Assembly: GCA_020184695.1 (NCBI GenBank)
Contig: JAANOX010000117.1
Span: 310,001 to 374,000 of the forward strand
Reading direction: 5' to 3'
DNA length: 64,000 nucleotides
DNA from: Histomonas meleagridis 2922-C6/04-290x
Taxonomy: Eukaryota > Protista > Parabasalia
Both the position numbers and the translations under genes were made by a program. Within the stretch, counting starts at the first letter, position 1. The number at the start of each line of letters is the position of its first letter. Shown piece after piece: positions 42,097-53,343 of this stretch. The notes under the pieces were generated by a model. It searched no databases, was not told the DNA's origin, and saw nothing but the letters and a program-made list of their open reading frames with translations.

Positions 42097-43209
42097 ATGG
42101 GCTTTAAACGCTTTTGAAAATAATTATTAAAAAACAAATTATTTCATTTTTTTCAAATTCGCCAAATGTTTTAAGTCATATGGAAAATCGTTCTCCTAAG
42201 GATAAAAAGAACAATTTATAAAGTCAAAAATGTATAAAAAATAACCAAACGTTTCTTTTTGGATGTGAGCTGGTTGAAAAAATATTTGCGATGGCCACTC
42301 GTATTGCTGCTTCCTTCTGTGCCCACTTAAAATATAATTCAATTATAAAATATATTATTAATGAAGAATTAGAAAGAATTTTTGTTAAACATAAATTGAA
42401 TAATAAGAATAAAATATTCAATACCTAAAGATTTGAAACTAACATTAAGCGATATAATATTATTCCCAGGTATTTCTAAGGAAGATTTTTATTAATAAAT
42501 TAAAGAATCACCAGCAAGTTGTTTTGATGTAGATAAAATATGGAAAGAATATAGTAAAATAAAGGATCAGCATAGTAGATTTAATATTTATACGATCAGA
42601 TATATTATATATTATTAATGGCTAATTCTGATATCTTCTTACAACTACGGCAGAAATGCGGAAACGAGATGTAAAAAAATTTGTTATTGATATACAAATG
42701 AAAAGGTTCTATAGGTTTACTTTGCTTTAAAAAAAATCCATTTTAAAATTCATATCACATTATTTCAAATTCTTGCAATTTAACAATATAATCTTTTGTG
42801 TAATATAATCTCATAAAGGTAGTTGTTAATCAAAAACATATAAAATCTATTAAATTATTACCAAAAAACATATTTATTATAGTAAATTATAATATTATAT
42901 TTTTTTAATATGCTTACTACAGATTCCAAGCAAGCTAAAGTTTTGCTTGTAACTTTATTAAAATGGAAAATGAACTGTTTCGTTTTCTAAACGACGAAGC
43001 AACTGATGAAATTCTTATTATATAAGAAAGAAACACCTTAAGAACAATTGTAGATGTAAAAATCAATGAAATCAAATAGATTCTTATAAAAATCCTGTAT
43101 GATCCTTGTCATGTTGTTTCCAACAATTTTTTGAAGTTTTTCTTATAGTGCAATTTATAATATTAATGTATTTATGCATTTAAATTTTGCTTTGTGATTA
43201 TATTTGTTA

Positions 43210-44849
43210 TTAGGTAAAATGTATATTGCGATTTTGATGATTTTCATATGTTTGTATGTTTATATTAACTTTTGTTTTGGAAATTTTCTTTCGAATGTTT
43301 TCTGCGAACATTTGATCTTCGAGTTGATTTTGATTATTAGCAATACTCGCTTCATTTCCATTTCTTATTGAAAATGAAGATTTAATGTTTATAGAAGAGG
43401 AATATGGATTAGAATTTTCATTTGTACTTTTTTCAAGAAGTAAATTTACTATTTCTATGTGACCATTTTGTTGTGCAATTTGAATTGCTGCCAAATATTA
43501 TTAAAACATATTCCAAATTATTAAAACATATATCGAATTATTAAAACATATATCAAATTATCAAAACATATTCCAAATTATTCAAATGAATATTTTTTGC
43601 ATTAACATCAATTCCTTTTTGTTCTAAAATATGTTTCATAAGTTCAACATTTACTGATTCTGAAGCAAATGGCAAAATATTTTTTGGAATTTGGTTATTT
43701 TGAAGGAAACAATTAACGAGATATAAATTTCCATTTCTTGCTGATTCGTTTATATTATCAGCATTAATATTAATTCCTTTTTCTTCCAAAAATGCTAAAA
43801 TATCATAATTATCTTTTTGAATACAAAGATCTATCAAATAATGTGTGACTTTAGGCGTTTTTGGCTTTGATTGTATTTTTTCTAATTTATTATCATAAAT
43901 ATATTTAAAGATATCATTTTGATGAAATTCAATTGCTGTTTCATATGCATCTTTAAATGATGAATGATTTTGTTCACACAAATGAATGATTTCTTCATTT
44001 CCACCTGCAACTGTATATTTACCTGTGTTATTTACATTTGAATTATTCATAAGTAAATATTTAAAACATTTAACTGATCCAAAGAATGCTGCATAATCAA
44101 TTAATGTAACATTTTCTTGATTAATAAATGAACACCTTTCATAAAGTGATGGTTCGATTGTTTGGTTAAAATCAAAATTACTTTGTGATGATATTTCTTG
44201 AAGTTTTTCTATTTCATCATTTCGAATTATTTTTGCAATTTCATTTGAATTTACTCCTTCTCTAATTAATTTCTTATGAAGCTCCCAATCATTATTTGAT
44301 AGTTCTTCATAATGATCCATAAAGTATTTTTCTATTGGAGCATTTCCATTAGACCCAAATGAAAAATGGTTTTGGTTTTCTTCTTTTGGTTTATAATGAG
44401 CAAAATATTTTGAATCAATGTTTTTAGTGATATTTTTATCAATAAAATTTTGTTCAATCATTTGTTCTATTAAATAATATGATTCTTGTGTGTTCATTGT
44501 AGTTATGTGTTTGATAAAAATTGTTATTAATTTAACGATGTTTTGATTAATTTCTTCTTCTTTTGTTTGAAGTGTCTTTAAAAAATTTAAGTAAATATCA
44601 AATACTTGTTTTCGCGATGAAAATGCATTATAAACGATGTCACTTATAATAATATTAAATGTGTGAGGATAATTTGAATCCAATAATTCCAATATTTTTA
44701 TAAACGGAAGGCTGGGAGTTTTCTTCGGTTAAACTGAATATAATTTTCTCAAGCTTAATTAAGAATTTCAAGCATGATAAATTATTCAAATTTTTATCAG
44801 TGTTTGTGATAGGAAGACCATCATTAGGAATGTGATTTGGAGAAATCAT
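43210..44849 (-). pseudogene. Second DUF3447-type ankyrin gene; 1-nt frameshift at ~44697 and a 100-nt insert at the ankyrin junction
   Basis: N-terminus in ORF 44655..44849 (LEKIIFSLTEEN) aligns with gene 1 (IKNIIFGLEEVN). Body in 43553..44692. Last ankyrin AAIQIAQQNGHIEIVNLLLE lies beyond the insert. Confidence 0.8.
43501..43580. repeat. Four tandem 20-bp units (ttaaaacatattccaaatta consensus) inside the ankyrin insert
   Basis: Visible at 43501, 43521, 43541, 43561. Confidence 0.9.
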
Positions 44850-45254
44850 ATAAAATGAAACTAAACATCCTGAGGCGAAATTTGAAAACTTAAAATTTAA
44901 AAATTAATGACATTTTTATTGATTATAATTTTTTTTGGAAATTTTTAAAGACTTTAACAAAAAATGTATTTCTATCCAAATACTATTAATAAAGATCTTA
45001 TGTCATATATATATAAATATATGCTTGAACAAGAAACAATTTTTGCGTACTGTGGAATGTATACGCACTTTTATACGCAAAAAGGTTTTGAATGATTATA
45101 TGGTTGTATACGATAAATATTTCCTTTCAAAACATTGCCCAAATTTCCGATCAGTTTCTTCAGAAAACCGAACCCGGTTACGATATTTGAATGATGTATT
45201 CAAAAGTGGGCATACCGTTTGATTTAAAAAGTGCTTTGCAACATACAAACAAAA

Positions 45255-45941
45255 ATGGATGAAGATTGGGAATATTTCATTGAAACTCCTCCTAGTTATA
45301 GGAAGAGCTACAACTCCCTAAACGAGCAAAGCCAGTATGGTATGCTTAAAATTCCAAGATTTGAAGCACCAGCAAATCCTCCAATTCCAGTTATTAATAG
45401 ACCTGATGGAGAAGCTACTTCTCCTTCTGAGCTCGAAAGTAGGTCGGTGGAAGTTTACGGTCTTGAAAAAAAGTATACTCAAGAAAATATTGATGAATTA
45501 ATTAATCCACCAATTGTGATTAATTACTTCGAGATGAACAAAGATGGATCACTACACATCGAGTTCTATGATTTAAGACACTCTATAATGTTTCGCAACA
45601 TGTTTAATGGAATGAAAATAGGTGATCGTGAAATCGAAGTTAAATATTCTATTCCAAAATCACTTCCAGGGTCAGAGCCTGTAAATAATGGAACTATTGT
45701 TTTATTCCATTTGACTCCAATGATTAATAATCAACAATTATCAAAATTATTTTCGAAATTTGGTGAAATCAAACAAATTCGCGGAACACCACAGAAGCCA
45801 ATGCAGAGATTCATTGAATACTGGGACACAAGAGGATCTGCTGAAGCTGTCAAGGAAATGGATGGGGTATCAATCAACGGTGCAAAAATTTCAATTAAAT
45901 TCTCTGTTCCAGGTGGCCTTAGGAGGAAGGCTTTTGTGTAA
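45255..45941 (+). CDS. Two-RRM RNA-binding protein, Mei2-like RRM1/2
   Basis: IEFYDLRHS and NNGTIVLFHL.P.I.NQQL..LFSKFGEIKQIRGTP.KP.QRFIEYWDTR. Confidence 0.75.
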   Translation: MDEDWEYFIETPPSYRKSYNSLNEQSQYGMLKIPRFEAPANPPIPVINRPDGEATSPSELESRSVEVYGLEKKYTQENIDELINPPIVINYFEMNKDGSLHIEFYDLRHSIMFRNMFNGMKIGDREIEVKYSIPKSLPGSEPVNNGTIVLFHLTPMINNQQLSKLFSKFGEIKQIRGTPQKPMQRFIEYWDTRGSAEAVKEMDGVSINGAKISIKFSVPGGLRRKAFV

Positions 45942-46273
45942 TTACGGCAACTGTCTAGGCAATAAACAGAATCTAAGATGATAATTTTTTTTGTTACACA
46001 CAGTACCTTTGGAATGTTGTATTTTAAAAGTTCAAATGTTACCACTGAACACTGAAATCATTATTGTGAGATATTCATCAAAAACAAGCTAAACTCATTA
46101 CCTGAAGATCTTCCTCAAACATTTTTCATGCCGTTCACAAATTTGAATGAGATAATTTTCTTAAGTTTACATGATTTATCGATAAAATGATTCAAATTTT
46201 TTTGGGCCGCCCTAAAAAAATTATCGTTTCATTCCATATAATGAAAAAGAAATTATTTTTTCAAACTTATTTA

Positions 46274-46951
46274 CTAAAGAGTTAATTTTTCAGCTGGTAG
46301 TTGAGGAACATACCATATCTTTTTGGAGGAATCTGGAAAATCCAAATCGCTTTTGTTTTGATGAATCGTGGTTGTGAGTTGCATGAGTTGTATGTGCTTT
46401 TGATCAATGTCTTGAAGCATATGATCTACTTGCGTTTGTATTGTGAAAACTTGATTTGATAAAAATGTACATTCATCAATTAGTTTTTTGATTTCTTGTG
46501 CTTTTTCTTCATCTGGATTAATATCCATTAGAATGTTTGCTAAGTTATCTGCGCTAGAAAGGAGTTGCACTTTCTTTTCGAGAGTTAATGAATTGAGTGC
46601 AGAAATTTTTGGCCTTGCTCTATTTGATAGGAATCTAGCTTGATTTTCTATTTCACGTTGAATTTTTGCCTTACAATTCGTGATTTGTGAATAATTATTG
46701 GAAGCTTTTGCAAAAGCTTTCTTTTCTTTTTCTACTTCACAATGAGTGTCTTCGATGAAAGAATCTATTGCAGCAGGTCGAGGTTGTGATAAAGAAATTG
46801 TTGAAAAATCTGCTAAAGATAAGTTAGATAAGCTATTCATCTCATAGTGTTGTTCAATACGATCCCTATAAAATGCAAGCTTTTGATTCATGTCAGCCCT
46901 CTCTTGTAATAGATTTTTTATGTCATTGATTAGCTTTTCTCTCTTGTTCAT
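46274..46951 (-). CDS. Coiled-coil hypothetical protein
   Basis: 225-aa ATG ORF; AACGGT motif at 46962-46967. Confidence 0.7.
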   Translation of the reverse strand: MNKREKLINDIKNLLQERADMNQKLAFYRDRIEQHYEMNSLSNLSLADFSTISLSQPRPAAIDSFIEDTHCEVEKEKKAFAKASNNYSQITNCKAKIQREIENQARFLSNRARPKISALNSLTLEKKVQLLSSADNLANILMDINPDEEKAQEIKKLIDECTFLSNQVFTIQTQVDHMLQDIDQKHIQLMQLTTTIHQNKSDLDFPDSSKKIWYVPQLPAEKLTL

Positions 46952-47127
46952 GAATGAGGAGACCGTTAAAGAGATTTTCGAAGCAAATTTTCATTGTCCT
47001 GAACTGTTTTATCTGCTTATAAGGAAGTAAAGTTTATTTCGATAGGAAAAAAAGATATAAGGAAGACGTAAAAAATAAAGAGATGTTGTGAAATCAGAAA
47101 AATTGAAAAGCAGTCATCACTCTTTGT

Positions 47128-47466
47128 TTATTCATTCTTTTCTTTGATCATCTTAAGAATTTCAGATTCACCTGCATCGATGATTGTGATAACTGATGAG
47201 CGGAAATACTTACCACAGGCTGTTCCAAGATCAACATTGTCACCATCAAAAGGAAGAATATCACATTGGCTGAGCATAGCGTAGTATTCAATGAGGGACT
47301 TTTGTGATGGTGCAATATTTGAAGCAAAGATAACGAGTTTTGCTTGACCGGAACGAAGTGTCCTTAATGTCTGTTCAATGCCAAGGCTATACTTTCCGGA
47401 CTTGGTAACGAGACTGAGGCTGCTGATGATTGATTCACGTGCTTTGGTAATGTTCTTACGTCCCAT
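47128..47466 (-). CDS. RPL30: 60S ribosomal protein L30 (eL30)
   Basis: L.LV.KSGKY.LG..QTLRTLR.G.AKLV..A.N......S.IEYYAML.....F.G.N.DLGTACGK.FR...ITI.D.G.S.I. Confidence 0.97.
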   Translation of the reverse strand: MGRKNITKARESIISSLSLVTKSGKYSLGIEQTLRTLRSGQAKLVIFASNIAPSQKSLIEYYAMLSQCDILPFDGDNVDLGTACGKYFRSSVITIIDAGESEILKMIKEKNE

Positions 47467-47472
47467 TTGGAT

Positions 47473-47483
47473 AAAGGCCAGAC
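47473..47483 (-). promoter_or_regulatory. Ribosomal-protein core promoter motif GTCTGGCCTTT
   Basis: Identical to 2184-2194; GACGGTT Myb-like site just upstream. Confidence 0.7.
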
Positions 47484-48095
47484 CAAAACCGTCAACCGAA
47501 GCGGTTTCTATCGTCATTGTTTTACTTTTTTGTTTTAAGTTTCATTCCTCTTCAAGATCTAAAATGAACATTTGGTAGATCAATATGCAAAATTTATGCC
47601 ATTTTTAGCCACGTTTAGTGAAATTAATTTTTTAAATCTCAAAAAAAAAATGTGAGATTTCATAAATTCTAGTTAAATACTCATAACATATTATTACTAT
47701 TTGTTTTGCTGAATGATGGGATGTGAACGGATGAAAGAAGTTTAAACATAAGATTTTTATTTAGTTAATTATTCATAACCAAAAATTTTATCTTTGATTT
47801 TCTAAACAATCTAATTATAAGCCTTGAGTTTGAAGATATTTTGTCTCAACTTTTAATTATTATTGATTTAAATTTTCAAAAAAAAAATTAAATCTTTTAC
47901 CTACTCTATGAAATGTGCGGCATTGCCTTTGCATGAAATAAAAACTATTTTTCATGCCTATTAATGCCATTGCTGGTCTTAGGATGGAAACAAACACATG
48001 CTTGTCTCTGCAATTGCTTCCACTTTTACAATTATTCATTCAAAAAATTGGCCGATAGAAGCTGCTTCAAAAACTTAAGTTAAGGATCACAAAAA

Positions 48096-49613
48096 ATGAT
48101 TCCATGTTTACTTACATTGGCGTTAATGGAATCAAAAAAGATTCCTGAATACCCCAAATCAGGTGTTTTATTCTTTGAATCATTTGATGGAAGAGCTGAT
48201 TATCATGGTTGGGAGACATCCTCTTTGCCAAATTATACTGGTCAATGGAAAGTACAAACTCCTCCAAAACCCAGATGTGATCTTTATGAAAGGATGTTAT
48301 TTCTTACAACGAAAGAAAAATATTCTGCAATATCAACCATATTTAAAAATCCAGTCGAAATTAACGAAAATCCCTTTATTTTGCAATTTGAAATGCGTGC
48401 AGTAAATAATATCACATGTAGTGGTGGGTATATCAAATTATTTACAGATCCAAATTTCAATCCAAAAACATTTTCAAACGAAACCAAACATTTCATAATG
48501 TTTGGTCCCGATATTTGTGTTGGAAAGAATCGGGTTGCTTTTCTTTTCAATCATCAAAATCCCAAAACTAAAACAATAGTTGAGAAATCTTTAATCAAAC
48601 CACCAACAACTCCAAAAGATGATTTTAATCACCTTTTCACACTTATTGTTCGACCCAATGGTCGTTACAGAATTCTTGTCGATAATGTTGAGAAAAAATC
48701 GGGTGATTTCATTGATTCATTTGATCCTCCAATAATTCCTCCTCGAAGTATTCCAGACCCTAACAAACAAAAGCCATTCGATTGGGATGATCGCGAGTAC
48801 ATAGAAGATCCATCTTTTCGTGAACCAACAGATGATAATAATAATAATCAACCAATTTTAATACCAGATCCCGACAATCTATCACCACCAAAAGGATGGC
48901 TTATAGACGAGCAGCCTTACATTGATGATCCGAGCATTTCGAAACCTCCTGAATGGGATGATTCAATTCTTGGAAATTGGATACAACCAAAAATTCCAAA
49001 TCCAAAATGTAAAAGAGCTGTTGGATGTGGAGAATACGTAACACCACTTGTTGCTAATCCAAATCATCCCAAAAATTGGTATCCAAGGTATATTCCAAAT
49101 CCGAATTACAAAGGAAAATGGACTCCACCACTCATTGATAATCCCGAATATTTTGAAAATCCAAAGTCCTTTGCTTTCCCACCAATTTATGCTCTTGGTT
49201 TTGAACTTCATAATGCTGATAAAGAAATTGGTTTTAATAATATATTGATTGCTAACAATGAAAAAGAAGTTATTGATTGGAATAAAAAATTCTTTGCGTC
49301 TAGACATAACCACCAGCTTCAGGAATCAAAGCCATTACAGACGCCAACGCCAGAAAGAAAAAGAAATGAAATGACCGACCATTTATCGAATCAAAAAGTT
49401 TCGGTTTTGCGTGCTTCACTTTGGCAAATTGCTGATTCTTGGAAAGATTTATATAACGAAGACAAATTTTTAACATTAACATTAACACTTAGTGCAATAA
49501 TTTTGCCAACACTTTTGATGTGTTTTTGCGCAAGAAGAATAAATCGTGATTTCAGTGAAATTTATGAAGAAGAGGAAGAGGAGGAAGAAGAAGAAGAAAA
49601 GGTTTCAGATTAG
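48096..49613 (+). CDS. Calnexin (membrane-anchored calreticulin family)
   Basis: CSGGYIKL, IMFGPDIC, HLFTLIVRP, IPDP...KP.DWD repeats, C-terminal TM and acidic tail. Confidence 0.92.
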   Translation: MIPCLLTLALMESKKIPEYPKSGVLFFESFDGRADYHGWETSSLPNYTGQWKVQTPPKPRCDLYERMLFLTTKEKYSAISTIFKNPVEINENPFILQFEMRAVNNITCSGGYIKLFTDPNFNPKTFSNETKHFIMFGPDICVGKNRVAFLFNHQNPKTKTIVEKSLIKPPTTPKDDFNHLFTLIVRPNGRYRILVDNVEKKSGDFIDSFDPPIIPPRSIPDPNKQKPFDWDDREYIEDPSFREPTDDNNNNQPILIPDPDNLSPPKGWLIDEQPYIDDPSISKPPEWDDSILGNWIQPKIPNPKCKRAVGCGEYVTPLVANPNHPKNWYPRYIPNPNYKGKWTPPLIDNPEYFENPKSFAFPPIYALGFELHNADKEIGFNNILIANNEKEVIDWNKKFFASRHNHQLQESKPLQTPTPERKRNEMTDHLSNQKVSVLRASLWQIADSWKDLYNEDKFLTLTLTLSAIILPTLLMCFCARRINRDFSEIYEEEEEEEEEEEKVSD

Positions 49614-49852
49614 AATTATTTATTAAAATGTTGTTATTATTTATCTTTTTTTAAAATTTTTGTAATCTTCCATATAAAGTAGTCAAAAAATTCATATGTT
49701 TACATGCCGTTTTCTGAGTTTATTTGTCCGCGAACGTTTTTCTCAATTCCGGTAATTTTTGACAAAGTTGACTTAAAATAAACTTCGGAATTATGGTTTA
49801 AACAATTGAATTTTAAAATAATTCAATTCAGGATTTTTGACACAAGGAGGTG

Positions 49853-50578
49853 ATGACCCGTCAAATCACAGATTCAACAGAAATACAATTACTTTTGGAA
49901 GACCAACTTCAAAGCGAAGAACGTAGGAGTACAGAATTGAAGAAGCGCATTGCTGATTTGAAAACAAATTTGAAACAAACAAATCTTTTAGTAGGAGGAA
50001 CTACCGAGGTTGTAATTGGAGATGACGTTACCCTTTCGATCGGTTCATCTCGTAAAGAAGGACATATTAACACCAACTGTAATTTTGCTTCATTCCTGAA
50101 ATTTGTTCAAGTATCTATTCCAACAGGGAAAGAATTTGGTTTCCGTGATGATCAAGGTCGTGTCATATATCTTCAGAGTAATCAAGATATCAAATTTATG
50201 TTCACATGGTATTTTGGACATGAAGCTAAAAGTATTCCAATTGTTTCCATTCCACCACCAGACGTCGCAGCTATAAAAAGGCGTAAAGTGTCCAAAGAAA
50301 TTCCATACAAAGAAGGAAGCGCAGTTTTCAGATGTGAAATTTCAGGATCAGAAAAGCCATTATTTTATCTTGTTATTCCTTCAAATTATAATTACACTGA
50401 AGGAAAGAACTATCTCCAAAGCATTTTTGGGCCCATTACATCACTTATGTTTGCTGATGCTGATGAAGATATAATCACTGTTGACACTAACGAATCATGG
50501 AAATATTGCATTGGGACAGGTGTTAAAATGTCTAAGATCGGAAGGTATAGTCTTCTCCTTATACAAACCTCTAATTAA
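49853..50578 (+). CDS. Hypothetical protein with an N-terminal coiled coil and two PB1-like segments
   Basis: F.FRDDQG..IYLQSNQDI and MFADADEDIIT.DTNESW resemble PB1 OPCA motifs. Confidence 0.55.
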   Translation: MTRQITDSTEIQLLLEDQLQSEERRSTELKKRIADLKTNLKQTNLLVGGTTEVVIGDDVTLSIGSSRKEGHINTNCNFASFLKFVQVSIPTGKEFGFRDDQGRVIYLQSNQDIKFMFTWYFGHEAKSIPIVSIPPPDVAAIKRRKVSKEIPYKEGSAVFRCEISGSEKPLFYLVIPSNYNYTEGKNYLQSIFGPITSLMFADADEDIITVDTNESWKYCIGTGVKMSKIGRYSLLLIQTSN

Positions 50579-51075
50579 GCAATGCGTTTATCATTAATAA
50601 AATCTATGAAACTACCTGTAAATGATCCGATTGTTAAGCATACTGAGTTCGGAAGGGGTGGGTATTTCCAAAAAATTTTCCAATCGAGTGGAAATGGAAC
50701 TGATCCAATCAAAAGTCCGATTTGTGAAAAGAAAATTTCATAGGTCCAACCATATGTTGCAAGTGGTGCAACACAAACAGGACCAAGGAAAAGTGATATA
50801 AGAATCCATTTTACGGGTGAGAAAATTCCAATAATTATTGTGATCAAAAAAAATGTTATGATTGATGACAAAATGATAGCAAACGCTTCCATTACTGTTT
50901 TTCTATTGTCACGTATAGAGATTATTAAGAATGGAAATCTTAAAATAAAATGAATAACAAATATATAGGGATAAAAAGTTTTAATTTTACCTATAATAAT
51001 GATAAACATAACTAAAAAAAACTGAATTGAAGAAATAGACAATAACTTTGGTGCAATACATCTCTCATGTAACAT
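50575..51075 (-). CDS. PIG-F/Gpi11-like membrane protein
   Basis: Multi-TM 166 aa with G.LIGSVPFPLDW...W...P.P, matching the PIG-F C-terminal G..P.PLDW..PW signature. Confidence 0.75.
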   Translation of the reverse strand: MLHERCIAPKLLSISSIQFFLVMFIIIIGKIKTFYPYIFVIHFILRFPFLIISIRDNRKTVMEAFAIILSSIITFFLITIIIGIFSPVKWILISLFLGPVCVAPLATYGWTYEIFFSQIGLLIGSVPFPLDWKIFWKYPPLPNSVCLTIGSFTGSFIDFINDKRIA

Positions 51076-51155
51076 AAAATTCTGATTTTATGAAGCTCAA
51101 AAAACCATTATTTATTTAGAACATTTTACAAGCTTAATAATGTGTTTCATCGAAA

Positions 51156-51226
51156 GCATCGTTGGTCTAATGGTAGAATCCAGGCTTCCCAAGCCTGGGG
51201 TCCGGGTCCCATTCCCGGGCGATGCA
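51156..51226 (+). tRNA. tRNA-Gly (CCC), atypical T-loop
   Basis: Acceptor GCATCGT/GCGATGC, anticodon arm CAGGC-TTCCCAA-GCCTG, T arm CCGGG-TCCCATT-CCCGG, followed by a T6 Pol III terminator. Confidence 0.9.
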
Positions 51227-51379
51227 ATTTTTTGTTCTTTCATTTTGAGTAAAATTGGACCGATCGCTCCAAAGTTTTTCTTTTAATTTAAATTTTTCAC
51301 AATTTTGATTTTTTCTAAAGAATTTAATGCGGAGTTTTTTTGAATTTTTTGTACGTTAAATTCATACAAATTTATCGAA

Positions 51380-52084
51380 ATGGAAATTTTGGTTACTTTT
51401 GACATTGATGGAACATTAATAGCCTTTGGTGGTGAATCTGCAAAACATCCAATGGCTTTCAGAGATGCTATAAATGAATTATATTCTCTAAATATCACTG
51501 AACTTCCTGAAAAATATATTAATCAAAATACAGCTGGATGGACAGATGCACTTATTTCTAAAGAAATGATAAAAAAATCTGGTAGAAATCCATCTCAAGA
51601 AGAAATGCAAAAAATGCAAATGATTGTTGAAAAGAATTTTATTTCATCAGCAGAGCCTAATTTTAATGTATTACCCGGTGTTCCTTTATTTTTGTCTAAG
51701 CTAAACGAAATATCGAATTTAAAAATTGGTCTTGCTACCGGAAATTATGAAAAAATTGCATGGAGAAAACTTGAACTTTGTAAACTAATACAATATTTTC
51801 CTGATCATTTTGGTGGTTTTGGAACATCTTTTGATAGGAAAACAGTAATTACTGATGCTTATTTAAATGGGTTGAAAATCAATCATAATTCAGATTTTAA
51901 AATGAAAATTCATATTGGCGATACAAGTAATGATGCAATTTCTGCTGGCCAAGCTGATTTTAAAGCAATGATTGTTACCACAGGCCGCCAAAAAGACGGA
52001 TTTCCGCCAAATGCATATGTTTTCACTAATTTTGAAAAAGATTTAAATGAAATGATAAACTTTATTAATTCAAATCAACCTTAG
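51380..52084 (+). CDS. HAD-superfamily hydrolase
   Basis: LVTFDIDGTL (motif I), GLATGN (II), HIGDT.ND (IV). Confidence 0.9.
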   Translation: MEILVTFDIDGTLIAFGGESAKHPMAFRDAINELYSLNITELPEKYINQNTAGWTDALISKEMIKKSGRNPSQEEMQKMQMIVEKNFISSAEPNFNVLPGVPLFLSKLNEISNLKIGLATGNYEKIAWRKLELCKLIQYFPDHFGGFGTSFDRKTVITDAYLNGLKINHNSDFKMKIHIGDTSNDAISAGQADFKAMIVTTGRQKDGFPPNAYVFTNFEKDLNEMINFINSNQP

Positions 52085-52584
52085 TAAATGTTTTTTTATA
52101 TTTTTAGAAATATTTTTTCATAAAAATTTTTAGGGTCATTAGGAAGGAAATTCCTGATTATTAAACTTTTTGCAATATTTTTAGAACCCCAGAATTCGCT
52201 ACCATCAATGGTAATGAATATGTTATCTACAAAGAAAACTTTAAATTAAAAATGAATGCATACATAAGCACAAATTAAAGGCGCTGTATGTAGATGAGTA
52301 AACAAAAAACCATTATACTTATTTTCACAAGACATTTTATAAATTGTACTCAAGATGAAATGAGAAATTTCAAGTTTTAAATCTTTAAAAATTAATTAAT
52401 ACTATAGATCTTCCGAAGATATAAAATGTCTATAGTATTATTTTGAAGAAATAATCATTCCAAAGTGATAAAAGAGTTTAAAAAAATAAAAAATAAAAAT
52501 AAAAAAAAAATTAACTTTAAAGAACAATATTTACCAAAAATTTTATTTCAAGTTCTGTTATAGCAATTTGATATATTACACCAT

Positions 52585-53235
52585 TTAATAAAAGACAACT
52601 TTTGTTTTCCCATATAATGCGTCAGTTGGACTATCTATTATTCTCTTCTTCGGCAATCGCATTGCTGATGGAATCGTTCTCAATGCTTTTGGAAATATTT
52701 GGTCGAAAACGTGTGGAGTCGGTTCGATTGGATGAATGAATCCGCATTCTTCGCCTTGAGGGCATTGGTTGTTATTATAATCATTACAAAACCCATACGA
52801 AAGTCTTTGAACCGGCGCAAGTGTTACTTCAATTCTTCTCCCGGCATAATATTGGCCATTTAATGCTTCTCTTGCTGTATATGCCCCTTCTGCTTCATGA
52901 AATAACGCTACTACATTTCCATGTAAATGGTCACATTTATTGCCAACAATTACCATATTATCAAGTTGACCAAATTGCATGAGCATTTGGGCAACATCAA
53001 GGAAAAATGAATTAATTATTCTCATCCTCATTTCCTGATCAATTTCAATCGTGGATGGTGGTAGAGCACTTATAAAAATATCAGGATCTGGAAAAATATG
53101 ATGTAAAACTATTGCTCGACTAAGTGGAAGCTCACGATGTGATTTATTGCAAAGATCGCCTTTTGCACAACACCCAACTTTTTCAAATAAAGAACAAAGT
53201 GTTGTATCCTTTTCATCTGATGAGCTTTTTTTCAT
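52585..53235 (-). CDS. U2AF1: U2AF small subunit (U2AF35-like), CCCH-UHM-CCCH, no RS tail
   Basis: CSLFEKVGCC.KG..C.K.H, FFLDV..ML.QFG.L..M....N.CDHL.GNV, C..Y....C..G..C.FIH. Confidence 0.85.
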   Translation of the reverse strand: MKKSSSDEKDTTLCSLFEKVGCCAKGDLCNKSHRELPLSRAIVLHHIFPDPDIFISALPPSTIEIDQEMRMRIINSFFLDVAQMLMQFGQLDNMVIVGNKCDHLHGNVVALFHEAEGAYTAREALNGQYYAGRRIEVTLAPVQRLSYGFCNDYNNNQCPQGEECGFIHPIEPTPHVFDQIFPKALRTIPSAMRLPKKRIIDSPTDALYGKTKVVFY

Positions 53236-53343
53236 TTTCTAATGAACGTTTGGCTCATAGCAAAATTGTTACTTTTCAGTAAAGTAATTAATTTATTTTC
53301 TGTTAGAAACAATCGTCAAAAAAAAATGAAAATACGTTATTAG

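Noticed and set aside
42420-43140. Decayed transposase (hAT/P-like words such as TTTAE and YDPCHV)
   Set aside because: The stop-riddled fragments give only 4-6 residue resemblances, in an order inconsistent with hAT, and no terminal repeats were seen. A tblastn/HMM search would be needed.
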